From Ylistrum balloti (taxonomy: Eukaryota), in assembly GCF_031769215.1 (NCBI RefSeq), contig NW_026782015.1, positions 1,116,001-1,180,000 of the forward strand: a DNA stretch of 64,000 bases, given 5' to 3'. Shown piece after piece: positions 1 to 14,500 of this stretch (within the stretch, counting starts at the first letter, position 1; every line of letters begins with the position of its first letter). The translations under genes and the position numbers were made by a program. The notes under the pieces are model-generated. The model did no database searches and was not told where the DNA came from. It was given only the letters and a program-made list of their open reading frames with translations.

Positions 1-120
1 AGTCCCACAAACACAGGGTATAACAATTAGTATAGGGGATACACAACAGAGTCCCACAAACACAGGGTATAACAATTAGTATTGGGGATACACTACAGAG
101 TCCCACAAACACAGGGTATA
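1..120. repeat. ~50-bp tandem repeat, truncated by window start
   Basis: AGAGTCCCACAAACACAGGGTATAACAATTAGTAT.. about 2.5 copies. Confidence 0.85.
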
Positions 121-1289
121 GTAAATTTGTATACGATAACTCCTCCCTTTTCCATCTTTAAGTTAAAAAAAATAGCCAAACCATACAGCAGAAAAATATA
201 AACCTGTAAGAAACACAATGCACCTCTTAAGCATGATATAAAGTTTGGTGATTATGATCAATCCCTATCACCTACCAGACATGGGATATCATAGAAAAGA
301 AAAACCTTAAATGGGACCGAGGCAAAGCAGGTTTAGTCATAAATAGGAGCAGGGTACAGCAAAGGTTAATCTTTTACAGGACCATGTTATAGAATAATTA
401 ATTCTCACATAGGGCACTGCTATATTGGCTTAATCTCACAGAGGCCCAGAAATAAACTTGACCAAATCTCACACAGGACTCAGCTATACTTAGTTGTTAT
501 ATGTACTAAGTATATTGAATGAGATTCATTATGTTTGTTGATATAAGATACATGTGCAGACCACACTTAATTGACCAAGCCATCAATCAAGTCAGAAATA
601 TCTAGGTTGTATCATCAGTGTTAAGTGTAGCCAAATCTGTTGTATTCTAGCTACTTATAGAGACATTACTATATAATTCAAGAAAACTTATGGCCATGTT
701 TCGAATACATAGCAAAGCCAATTGGACTAACAGTGTGTAGACACTGTCCAGTGTTTGATTTTCAATATAACTGCATCATTATGATCACACAATATAAAAT
801 AGTATTGTCCACACTGAGATCCTGATAAACAATGTATACCTGGAATCTGTAGATATCGATGATGATAAGTAGGACTGACCAGAAAATGTTAAATACAAAT
901 GTATATACAACATTATATACTCAAAAGCACAAAGTATAAGTATATTAGTAGGTATTAAATGGCCCCTCCCACGGAAGGACTATAACAAGTATTACATGGC
1001 CCCTAAAATGAAAAGTATTACACGGGCCCCGGTAGAAGATATATTACAGTTAGACTCTGCAGCTCTAATGGGAGTAAAATGCTAAGGATCTCAATTCACA
1101 AGAGGTTCGGGTTTTCAATATTTTCAGTGACAGAATGAAAGTGCGAAAAATATTATCCTGAAAATAAAATATCTACAGTAGATTGTGGATCCTGTTTTAC
1201 GTTGAACTTTGACCTTAAAAAATTTGAACTATCAAAAATAATAATCTTCAATAGAATTCTACAGAAAAATCAATTGGTCTTTATTAAGA

Positions 1290-1520
1290 TTGATTTTAAC
1301 AGGTCATTTCAATTAGATTGATTCTGACAGGTCATTTCAATTAGATTTATTCTGACAGGTCATTTCAATTAGATTGATTCTGACAGGTCATTTCAATTAG
1401 ATTTATTCTGACAGGTCATTTCAACTAGATTGATTCTGACAGGTCATTTCAATTAGATTGATTCTGACAGGTCATTTCAACTAGATTGATTCTGACAGGT
1501 CATTTCAATTAGATTGACTC
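1290..1520. repeat. 28-bp minisatellite
   Basis: TTGATTCTGACAGGTCATTTCAATTAGA about 8 copies. Confidence 0.95.
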
Positions 1521-2515
1521 TTAAAGGCCATGTTATCAAGACTGATCTTGACAGGCCATGTTAAAGATTATGAAACGAAAGAAGTTCAAAAATTTAGACC
1601 ATGTTCTATCATTCTAACCAGTATATACTGCAGACACTGAACCATTAAAAATATTTAAAGATTCAAACAAAACAATTAAAAAATAATGAATCTCTGATTT
1701 GATAGATAAAGGAGTGCTTTAGTGAAATGGGGAGACAATGAAACATTAATTTCTAAGTTGCTTGTGACCCGTTTGTAAATAGAATAGGTGCAATAGTTGG
1801 ACACAGTGTAGATGAATTGGCAAAATGTATATAAGATATTATGTGGGTTATTACAACAGGGAAAGTACAACTTTCTGGATAAGGTGCCATACAACAGCTA
1901 CAAACATATGTGGAAAAAAACAACATCTGACCTAACATCAGAGCATGCTCACACAGAAATAACAGTGTCTTGTGTTCATCTTCATTCTGTTACTTAATCA
2001 AAGTGAGAGACCAGGTACATCATTAACTTACATGTAACATCTAAACAAAGTATTGCACAAATCATTTGATTTTGAAAATTCTAAATACAGAATTCAGGAG
2101 ACCATTTTTGTAAGAAACCTCCCAATACCTCACTGTTTACTTAGCATTCTCATCTGTTTATATTACAATATGTAAAAATGCATACAAAATAAATCATGGC
2201 ATTCTCAACAAAATCTCAAAAATCACTGCTTTAAACGGATTTACTATCATGTGGAATATTTTTCTGTTTTTACCAGACAATATACTCTGTTTTTACCAGA
2301 CAATATAATCTGTTTTACCCAATAATATACTCTTGTTTTTACCAGAAAATATACTGTCCTCTCCACCAAACAATATATTTACTTTGTTTTTACCAAGTAA
2401 TATTATGCCAGACCAGACACAACACAGTCACTTTGTTTTTGTTATGGTTTTACACCACACTACCAAGTTCGTTATCACCTTTAATATTTAAAACACGAAT
2501 GGACTTGGGTCAGTC

Positions 2516-5500
2516 TTATTTCCAACGGAACATATTCTTCCAGGATGCGGTACTGGTGTCTGGTACTGAAGACAGGTCATCACTAGCAGCCCTCGTGTGG
2601 GACTTCCTCTTTGGTCTGTGTTGTTGTGGCTGTCGATTATTCTGTTGTTCACTGGTTGCTGTCTGGCTGGTAGAAATATGGTTTCCATTGATATTTGGCC
2701 TCACTGTTTCCACTTCAGCGGGGGCCTGTGTGTTATAGTCCAGTAGAATGTGGTGGCCGTAACTGTGTCGTTTCTTTTTTGAAGCTCCTCCACCCCCTCC
2801 CCCTGGGTCAGCTAGGGCACGCATCATTGGTGGGCTTCCTCGCTTAGACTTACCTACCACTTGTCCAGGAGCCACGGGACATTTAGGAGGTTTAGAAGAT
2901 ATCACAGATACTGGTAACTCACTTGTAAAAGAATGAGCCTTCACCTTAGTAAGTTTAGTAGACCCCTCAGGAACACAGTCTGGTATATCACTGCTGGAGT
3001 AGGACACTCTGACCTTTGACTCCTGACCTTTAGAGGTAACAGATGTATCTGAGGAATCACTTTTACAGTAGACAGGTTCCACCTCTGACTTGCTCACAAG
3101 CTTATTGTCAGAGGGTAGAGTCCACTTAGTTCCTTCACTACTTGTCCTGTCTAACTTTTCACACACAGTTGTCTCCTCTGAACTTGCACCAAACAAAAGA
3201 CCTGCACTGTTAATGTTTGTGTGAGACTCTGGTAGAGATGAATGATGTTTCAATCTGTCAGATACACCAGATATTTTTATATCAGGACTTTTCTTCTTTC
3301 TCTTCTTCCTCTTTGGCATATCTTTTTGCTGAAAGAAAAAAAAGTCCAGTTTTAAATTAAACTTATTGCTTTGTAAAGTTAACAACTTGATGAATGTGTT
3401 GCTATCTATGTACTTTGAGAACAATTATTGTATCAGATGAAAATAGATGTTACAAAGAGGTTATGACTGCATGCACTCCCTTCGGCTAATCATACAGAGG
3501 GACAAACACTTACTCAGACATAACTAGAATTGTAAGCCAAAGACTTACTTCATATACTTTACAAATTAAGTCAGCAGTGCTGTTTAACTCTCAGGAAAAT
3601 CACCAGAACAAACATTTGTTAACTTTTAAAACTGATCAGGAATATCAAATATAATAAATTTTGACTGACAAAGAAGTGTTTTTCTTCTATAGACGGATGG
3701 ACATTGAGAAAAAGGGCACCCAGACTCCAGAATATCCTCTTTATTTAAAGTGAGATCTGGACCTTACCTGATTACTACAGGATGAAATGTTGGTGGCTCC
3801 ACCTGGATCATAGCCAGATATATCTTGACTACAAGCTGAAATGATATGAAATATACAATATCACTAATGAGTATATCTTTTTTTTGTATCACACGATACT
3901 CAATAACAGACACAACACCAGGCACTCACATTATAATGAATCATTCACACAAAACCACATGTACTCACATAATGCTGTTTCACTGTTGTATTTTTGTAGA
4001 GAACCTCCAATTCTATCAACAGAACTGTGTTGAATTGTTCCATGGAATGAATTCCTTCTGGGGAGTGCTGTTAGATCCATATCATTTGGAAACTTATCCA
4101 GTATTTTCTGAACTTCAGGTGGCATTGGTATATATGATGGCGATTTTCCTCTCCTGAGACACACCATAAATATAATGACCAGAATGATGACCTCTACGGA
4201 AGTCCAGACCATCTGTCTGTCTGTCACCTGTAACAACAAACACCAAAAGGTCCTTATCTATTTATTCCTCTATACCATTGGATAAGAATCAATTCTAGAT
4301 TTTGGTTGGAGTTGCTTAGCTGAGATTTGTTAATTTGAAAAAAGGAAATATAAAGCACATTTTGTTGGGTAATCTGACCTGGTTCCTGGTTAAATATGAT
4401 ACATAAAACGGTGATCTGTCCTTCTGGTTCAAGGTTAATATGACACACTGAAGGGTGATCTAACCTTCTAGTTAAAGTCTGAATATGACACATCGTATAT
4501 GATCTGACCTTCTGGTTCAAGGTTAAACACGACACCTCATAAGGTGATCTGACCTGGTTTTGGTTAAGTATGACACATTGCAGGGTGATCTGAACTTCTA
4601 GTTCAATGTTAAATATGACACATTGTAGGATGATCTAACCTTCTGGTTCAAGGTATCCATGTTATGTATCATCTCCTCCATCATTACAGTCAGGTTCTTC
4701 AGTTTCATCTCCATCCTCTTCATGTCTTCCTGTTGTTTCTCTCCCTGTATAGGTTCACAAACAACATAATTATTTAAGAGTACAGAGTACTTTGTATAAT
4801 GTGTCATAGTTGCACCACTGTGTATCTGTATGTACAGTGTTAAACATGCAAGTTTAATTCAATGAAACATTCTTTATATAACAAGCTATCAAATGAAATG
4901 AAATAGATTGTCTCCTACCAGTAGTGTTAGTCAGTCAGTCATCCTCTCGCTTACATACCCCAGGGTTAATCTATCGCCAACCTGTGGTAGTAGTCAGTCA
5001 TCCCATTTCCTACCATCCCTGGTGTTAATCTACCACCTACTTTAGGAAGAAGTCAATAATCATCTCCCCTACCTACCCCAGGGATAATCTATTTGCTACC
5101 TATGGTAGTAGTCAGTCATCCTCTCCCCTTCGATCCCCAGGGTTAATCTATCTGCTACCTATGGTAGAAGTCATAGGTAGTAGTCATTCATCCTCTCCTC
5201 TACCTACACAAGGGTTAATCCACCTACTACCTGTGGTGGTAGTCAGTCATCCTCTCCTCTACCTACACCAGGGTTAATCCACCTACTACCTGTGGTGGTA
5301 GTCAGCCATCCTCTCCCCTACCATCCCGAGGGTTAATCCACCTACTACCTGTGGTGGTAGTCAGTCATCCTCTCCTCTACTTATACCAGGGTTAATCCAC
5401 CTACTATCTGTGGTGGTAGTCATTCATCCTCTCCTCTACTTACACCAGGGTTAATCCACCTACTATCTGTGGTGGTAGTCATTCATCCTCTCCTCTACTT

Positions 5501-8500
5501 ACACCAGGGTTAATCCACCTACTACCTGTGGTGGTAGTCAGTCATCCTCTCCCCTACCATCCCGAGGGTTAATCCACCTACTACCTGTGGTGGTAGTCAG
5601 TCATCCTCTCCCCTACCATCCCGAGGGTTAATCCACCTACTACCTGTGGTGGTAGTCAGTCATCCTCTCCCCTACCATCCCGAGGGTTAATCCACCAACT
5701 ACTTGTGGTAGTAGTCAGTCATCCTTTCCTCTACCACACTTCAGGTTAATCCACCACCTGCCAGTGGTAATAGTCAGTCATCCTCTCCCCTTCCATCCCC
5801 AGGGTTAATCCACCACCTGCCAGTGGTATTAGTCATTCATCCTTTCCTCTACCACCCTTCGGGTTAATCCACCACCTGCCAGTAGTAACAGTCAGTCATC
5901 CTCTCCCCTCCCTACTCCAGGGTTTATGTATCACTTACCCTTGTAGCAGCCTCCTGAATGGTCTCCTCTAGCTTGGTGTCAGTCCTGTTGAGTGCTTTAA
6001 TCATCTCATCTGACTTAGTTTTGAACTTTTGGCTCATTCTCTCCAGAAATCTGATAGAAACATAACACAATGTGTCACACACTACACAAACATAACACAA
6101 TGAAATACTATACCATGTCTAAACATAACATGAAAAAGTATTCTACAAGGTCATTCAGTCCATGAAAAACTGTTCTACAAGATCACTTAGTTAACCATGA
6201 ACTGTTCTATAAGGTCACTTAGTTAATGTTAAACTATTCTACAATGTCACTTGATAAAGATGCTTAAGATAAAAACATTTGACATGACAGTAGTACACAT
6301 GACAACCAGAGTGAGGCTATTTACCTGATACTGAGAGTAACATTCATCTCAAGGGCGTTGATTCTGTTGGCTAGTCTCATAAGTGCAATTTCACGTTTCG
6401 AGTGAGGCAGGACCGGCACCTTTACATTAACTAGACCAAGGTCTTTCTGGGGCATTCCTGAACTCTTCTGTGTGGCATTTGCTGCCACTACTGTGTCATT
6501 GATGATGCGAGAGTGTCCATTCTGAGGATCATCTAAGATAGCTGAAGCCAATTTGTCCACTATACTGGACATCACCTCAGCATCACTGTCAAACATCTCC
6601 AGGTTGTCACTCGTGTTGAGTGGTTCCATTGTTGTCGTGGAAACCTTAGTAGAAACAATTTCCAATTTTGTGGAAGTCACTTCCATTTCAGCATTTGGAT
6701 TCTGATCATTTTTCTTTGGTTCCTTAAATTCAAATACAAAATCAATAAATGACAAAAATGACTTAAATTTGAAATTAAGTGTACACTTTAAAAAATAACA
6801 TATCAACAAAATGAAATTATTAATATCTTTCTCAATATTCTTTGAACTTTACTACTGAGAGAACATAGACAGTATATATAAAGAACCTTAAATATGCTTC
6901 CGTTAGAAGATTAAGAATTCTTATAAGTAAGCCTTTGGGAAGCTAAAATGAAAAAAATTGTTACAAGTTTCATAAATCTTATGTCAAATGGAAACAAGTT
7001 TCAGATCCTTTTGATCGCAATTGATTATTCAGGTAAATATTGTAGAAAACATTTCTGAACATCAAATGCTTTTTGCTCTATTGTCTATAGTCTCGGGGGA
7101 TCACACATACCAAAGATCTTCTAGTAGGACTTAAGTAGGCGTTAGAATCAAACATACCAAAGATATTCTCATAGGATTTTTAGTTGCCCTAAAGATCACA
7201 AATACAAAACATCTTGCAGTATGACTTTAATTAGGTATTGAAATCAGACATACCAAAGGTCGTCTACTAGGACTTTTAGGATCAAATATACCAAATATAT
7301 TCAGTTGGCCTGAGGTTCACCACATCACAGGTCTACTAGTGAGAATTTAGTTGGCCTGAGGATAATTTTTCACTAAAGATCAGATTGACTGTTAGGGAAT
7401 GGTATCTACAGCTTTTATGGATACTTGTTCATTCACCTGGACTCAATTGTCTGAATTCAATAGACACCAAGAGTCCCTACTCAACTCACTGAGAAATGAA
7501 TGGCTGACTAGAAGAAGACTTTCAGGACTTGCTGAGACCTAGTCACTCACCTGAGACTCAATGCGCTGACTAGTAAAAGACTCCGAGGATTTGCCCTCCT
7601 CCAGTTTAGACCCTGTCACAGTAACAGAGTCCAGGGCCGGGGTTGTATGAGAGGAGTCCACTTGTGCTGATGAACTGACAATACTGGGGTCAAGAGTTAT
7701 CTCCCCTGGAGTTAACGTCTTCTGGCCATTGATTTCTGACTTCTGACTCTCTTCCACTGAGACTGGGTTGATAGTTGTGGATATCTCTTCATGTGATAAA
7801 ACTTTAGATGGCTCTATATCTATGGTTGTCACTGTAGCATCAGGAACAGACATTTTTGGTATGGCGTCCCCATCTAAACTCTTCTCAGAGATTTGGGTCA
7901 GTGATGACAAGTCTTCTATAACATTTGTAACAGTGGATGTGTCAGCAGATTTATCAATGGGTGAGTAATTCGACATTACAGGTGTAGACTGGCTAGATGG
8001 GGTCGGATGTGGACTACTGGATCCAGTATCATTACTGACAGATGTTGGTATGGTACTGGCCTCCAACAGCACATCCTTTGTGACAATGATGAAGTTGTTT
8101 TCACCTACAACCTTCTTTTCAGATGAATGGGTGTCAATATCCTTTCCTCCAACTTCTGCTTTGCCAGCAGGGGGAATTCTTTTCACAGAGCATGTCTCTG
8201 GCCGTGTATTCCGCAGCAAAATCTGAACATAGGTACAGAAAGCACTCGCTCTTTTGGTAGAGGTTAATCTATGCTTACTTCCTCCTTTCTTTCGTGGTGC
8301 TTTGGTGAGACACTTGGTGATGAGGTCTGATAGTGAGACCTCAGATTCTTCCCTGTCCAAAAGAGTCACTATTGGCTGTTCTTCCAGACTACTGGGAACC
8401 TGTTCATGATCCTCCAGCTTGGTTACAATAGAGGCAGACTTGTCAACAGGGTGTTCATCTGTTCCGACATCTGTAACATGAAAAATATTTGTTCATTGTT

Positions 8501-11500
8501 AAGAGAGAGTGAAGTCAGTATCAGATCAACATGTTGTCAACTAATGTCACTTTTGTTACCAAATATCACAAGCTAGTGTTTTGACTTACCCATACTTGCA
8601 GTAGCAGTCTGCATGTTGGTTCCTGTCCCTCCAAGAATGGATGTATTTGGCTGGTCAATAGTGCTACTCTGCTTTGACACTTCCTCCTCACTAAAGTCAA
8701 ATTTTCAAATTTCAAATTACTAAATAAACTCTGGGTTTTGCAGCAATACAAATTATTATGAAAAAAGATATAGAGAAATGGGAGAGAATGACTGTTTGTA
8801 TAACTGTCACAAGTATGAGAACATTCAGATCTCCCAAGTAAGGCTTTATCAATGCATACTAACTTAAGATTTCAGTCAGTTGAAATGATCAAGAAACAAC
8901 ATTTAGAAATAATTGTAATATAGGTTTATGTATATACATTAAAGTATTAGAAATGAATTGCTCCAGTTTGATACAAATGTCTCTGAAAAAATATTAAATT
9001 TTTTTAGTACAAACACAGCAAACATACATATCTCCAACACAGGTAATCAAACACACAAAGGTTTGGATATAATAGTCACTAACAATAGTGTCCTTTCTTT
9101 ATTCATGTTAGTTGGAACTAAATTCATCATAAAACCTAAAAATAAACTTTGATATAATGACAGCATAGATCCTTCATCATAATTCTGACTGGTCAATTAA
9201 CAGACCAGAAAAAAAAAAAATCAAAGTTAGTGGGAGGGATTAAATGTGTCCATCCAGGGACCACAGCAAGCTCCTTAATCCAAACACTACTTACTGAAAT
9301 GTCCACAACAAAAAGGACTGATTTCTAAAAATATACACAATCAATATATAACATCAATACATCAGAGACTGATATCTATCAATTTGTTAATCAGCCATTC
9401 CCCTTAACTAGGAACTGGTAAGGTCTTTACAGTCACCATTCAAATGAATACCTTAAGGGATCTTGGTGACAACAACTCTTTAGTCATTATTTGTTCTTTA
9501 AAGATTGAATCTGTATCCGTTTTTTCTATTGCTTCCTCTATTCTTGATCATAATTATATGAAATTCGAAAATTACTCTCAGATATAGTGGCATATCCTTT
9601 AATTGTCAAATAGCGATAACAAACCTTCATCATCAAAATCCAAGATGGCCACCTTTTAGCCATTTTGTTTATCTGATCATTCTCAAAATCTAAAGTGTAT
9701 AACTTGAGACGATTGGGGAACCTATATACGAAATTTAAGGAAGATCCATCCAGTACTTCCCAAGAAGTAGTGATAACAAGAACTCTTTGTTGACCTCATG
9801 CAGCCATAAGGGGATGTCCTCCAGGCAGACACAAGTGTGTAAGGGGATGTCCTCCAGACAGATACAAGTATGTATACAGGGATATCTTTATCAGGTTATT
9901 GTTCTGTCTGACATCTCGTGGACTATAGCTGGGTATGGATAACTAGGAGCAGTATGAACTTACCTGTGGCCAGGAACACAAGGTAACATGTAGCCGTCAC
10001 TGGTAACATTGGCAGGAAGTGCTGAGCCTTTATCTGTGTCATTTATATTAATTGTTTCATCTACAACAACAGTAACAATATATTACAAATGTACTGATAA
10101 ATGTTTGTACAGAGATCAAATCAGTAACACATTCTGCGATCATCCACCATTAAGACATTGTCAGTAACTAACAATAATAGAAAGTAGTTATCAATAAAAT
10201 TAAAAAAAAATAACTTCTGTTTCTTTGTAACACAGTGAAATTGTCTTACTTAGCCCCAGGTCCTCCGTATTGGGTTTGTCTTCAACATTTAACACCTTCT
10301 TCACAATCTTTATCATAGATTCTGAAACAAAAATAATGAAGGTCACAAACACAACATTGATAAAGGAAGATTTTAAAGAATTTGCTACAATTCCCCTTTT
10401 GGATGACACTCCTCTGGCCCCAAGGTCAGACCCGACATTTACACAAAATTGCTTCTGTCCAAGTTTGGTCAAAATCTTCTCAGTTGTTTATTATTTAAAG
10501 AAATTTGAAGGAAAAGAGGATGGACCGACTGTAGTATGCCAATACACAAGGTTACCTGTAGCACTGGCAAAAAGATTCTTTGGCCCGTCAGAGTCACCTT
10601 CCATGTCTTCTATGTCATTCTCCATAGCTGTAATGTGAGATTTACGATCAATATCACTCAGTTTTAAGGAATCAGGAGATACATATGTCTATTTCTGGCT
10701 TCATAGCTGCAGTCAATATCATTCAATACAAGGAATGGGGAGGCAATTTGTTACAAAAATGTTTTTTTCCGGCCTCTTAGCTGTAGAGTGTGGATTACAG
10801 TCCATTTCACTCAATGTAAAGTTTCAAATGATGATACTTGTATTTCTGAATTTTGATATTACTATTGCTGCAATGTATACATCTACTTCTAACTTCAGCA
10901 ATCTTTACCACTAAATTGTTTCAGTATGTCTTTCCCACTTACTTATTTCAGCATAGGTTTACCACTAACTTACTTCAGCATAGGTTTACCACTAACTTAC
11001 TTCAGCATAGGTTTACCACTAAGTTTATTCAGCATACCGTTACCACATACTTCCACTTACTTACTGCAGTATAGGTTACCACTAACTTACTTCAGCATGT
11101 CTTTACCACTAACTTACCACAGCATGTCTTTACCACTAACTTACTTCAGCATGTCTTTACCACTAACTTACCACAGCATACCTTTACCTTTAACTTACCA
11201 CAGCATACCTTTACCACTAACTTACCACAACATACCTTTACCACTAACTTACCACAGCATACCTGTACCACTCCACAGCATACCTTTACCCCTAACTTAC
11301 TACAGCATACCTTTACCACTAACTTACTTTAGCATGTCTTTACCACTAACTTACCACAGCATACCTTTACTACTAACTTACCACAGCATACCTTTATTAC
11401 TAACTTACTACAGCATAACTTTACCACTTAGTTACATCAGCAAGCTTTTACCATTAACTTACCTCAACATATGTTTACCACTAACTTTCTAAAGTATACT

Positions 11501-14500
11501 TTTACCATTAACATTTACTCCTAAAATCGCCCCCTCATTCTGTTGCTGTTGATACACTAATTGTTTCTAACACTAATTTTACAGATCAGGTAGGAGGTAG
11601 AGATAGTTTTTTCACCTGAGTCCATGTCTGAACTGGCGTCATCAATCTGCTGGCCCATGTAGGCATCATACTCCACCAGAACACCCAAAACCCTGCAGCA
11701 TATAAATGAAAAGTAACCACATATTGAATCATCAGTCTATTAATATTCCAAAATGTATCTATAAATAAACTTTTAAATATATGATATCAACATGACTCGC
11801 CTACATTTACATATCAAAAAGTCTCATTCTGGCATAGATAAGATGTGTAGTATACTCACCTGAATATGGTAAGTGGACAGAAATGCTCCTCCCCAAAGTG
11901 GTCCAACATTTCTACCCTGACAAACTTAACGTAGTCGTTGAAGTCATCTGGCACAGTAAAGGCCTGTACTGCTCGTGCTTCGTTAGCGCTGAATGGTTCC
12001 ATCACCTGCCAGTCCTTTGTAGGATACCTGTAATCAGGAACAGGATGACTTTATCCCTAGTCATAAACACTTCTCTACTAATAGTATATAAATTATGTGT
12101 CAAGTGTCAATCACATTTATCAGGGTTTACTTTTGAATGCCTGAGTGAATGTGTTCACTAATTCATGATGGCTTTTATTTCAATAATTTAGTGATAACTT
12201 TTGACTTACCCTTCACTGAACTGGACACGAAATGTCCGCGGCTGTGATGAGAACAACTCAAAGCTAGCCACCTCCAGAGACTTGACACGGGCAGGTTCAC
12301 ATAGCTCAATCACAAACCTGCAACACACATAATACTACAATTACTATTACATACAGCACTAATATGTTACCTATAACATATGATATAACTACAATCACTT
12401 TAAAGTTAAATAACATTTATAAAACACAATTACCAGGTCACATGACTTGATTTACATTCAACATATAACCAGTCACCATTACGACCTGACCATTAAGTAC
12501 CATAAGGACCTAACCATTGCGAATCAACCCACCATTTTTTGGCTGCCTTGCAGGGGTTGATCATATAGTCATCTTTGTTAGAGGTCAGTACCCCCGCTGG
12601 GTTCTCCACCTCAGGGTTACTAGAGATGATCTTGGCCCCACACTCCCGTGATGCCACATTTACCACACGCTTCTGTTGCTTCATCTGGAGCCCCTCAGTA
12701 CCTGGCAAATCTGCCAGCTCTGTAACAATAAACATTCAAATCAATAGAATAAAAGTTCTTATAACACAACCTGTAGAGGGTCCGAGTGGGAGGTTTCAAT
12801 GACTACACGGTACTCATCATCAGACGAATGACCAGTGTGGTGCATACAAGCATTGACCTGCACAGTGTATGAGATAGCAGTGAATTAACTAACATTTTTA
12901 GCTGTACTATAGCGTTACAAGATGGTGAACAGATTATGGGAAATAAAAAGAAAAGTACAAAAGATGATAACAATGTACTGTAGTTGATTCAGCTACACCT
13001 TGTACACTTGGTCATAGATGTGCAAGAGTTTGTGCACTCCTCATCAATATTATGAATACCCCACTGCGAGCCACTTCTCAACATAGTTATTGTTATTTTC
13101 AGATGTATTTGTGTCATCTGTATAAGTATAAGAAGGTGTTAAGTTCAGACCTACAAAGATCAGACCATACAGTGATCTACTGAAATATATTATTTAAATT
13201 TTATCTATAAACACAACTATCGCCATAAAATCTTTTTGATATAATAGCATTCAGTAAATCATTAATTACAAACACTTTCTCTAATACATGTGCATCAGAA
13301 TGAAAATTTCTGATAAGTAAATTGTACAAAAGCATTTGTTAGTGTTTGTAGTCGACACCAGGAACGTATTTTTCTCTTTAATGTACTGGCAAAGAGGATT
13401 GTGTAAATCAATGTTAACTTACTGCTTTGTTTTTTCTTCTCCTCTTCAGCTTGTTTGTTCTGCTCAAAGAACTCGGTAAACGTCTGGAACTCAGGGTCAG
13501 CAGGTACAGGTTCTGGGTCATCCTTCTCATCAGATTTGTTTGTATCCTAGAATAAATCATCATCAGCCAACATCAAATCCTGACAACAGCCTCATTTTCA
13601 GCTGACAATGTCTAACAACAGCCTCATTTATAACTAACGCCACTACCTAACAACAGTCTCATTGTAAGCTATCATACAACAACAAGCTCATTGTCAGCCA
13701 ATATTATCATCTGACAACAGCCTCATTGTCAGCCAATATTATCATCTGACAACAGCCTCATTGTCAGCCAATATTATCATCTGACAACAGCCTCATTGTC
13801 AGCCAAAACTATATGACAACTGTCTCATTTTCAGCCAAAATCATCACCTGACAACAAGCTATCATCTGATAACAGTCTTGCAGTTAGCAAATATTATCTG
13901 ACAACACCACTACTGCCTGCCAATATCATCTGACAAACAGCCTTACTATCTGAGAACATCCTCATCATCAGATATCAGCCTCAACAACTTTATTGTCTGC
14001 TAACATCAGCTATATCACTATCTGACAAAAGTGACAAGTCTCATTGTCAGGCAATAATTGAAAATTGATGTGCAAAACAGTTTAAGCTTTCAAGAATTCA
14101 TTATTTGTAACAACCTGTTGTAAAACAAAAGTCAGTTCAGTCTACAAGTTACAAACCTGGACTGAAGTTATGAATTCACTATATATTAAGCATCTTACCA
14201 AACCCTTGATTTCTGTGCTAGAGTCTACCACTTCAGATAATGGAACTTCAGGAATGTGAGCAGCTGGAGTGTCCTCTGAGGTTGGTGTAACTTTTAAATC
14301 CTCTGCTTCTTTTGGATCAGGTTCGGTCTGGTCATCACTACAACAATAGACAAACCCATTACTTACACATGTTTGAACAGCCTTCAGGTTCTACTCTCAC
14401 ATAGATGAATCATGTGATTTATAGCTAGTGATATTTACAGATACAACCAATCTGCCTCTGATCTAACCTACCTTTTTACAGAGGCTGATTCTGCCACATG

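Noticed and set aside
10200-10638. 122-aa plus-strand and 90-aa minus-strand ORFs
   Set aside because: Antisense or extended frames over SUCO exons 13-14 plus a dispersed repeat.
12771-12857. 87-nt segment with AG/GT borders in a SUCO intron (possible poison exon)
   Set aside because: Would leave only a 51-nt downstream intron and is not needed by the gene model; no support without RNA data.
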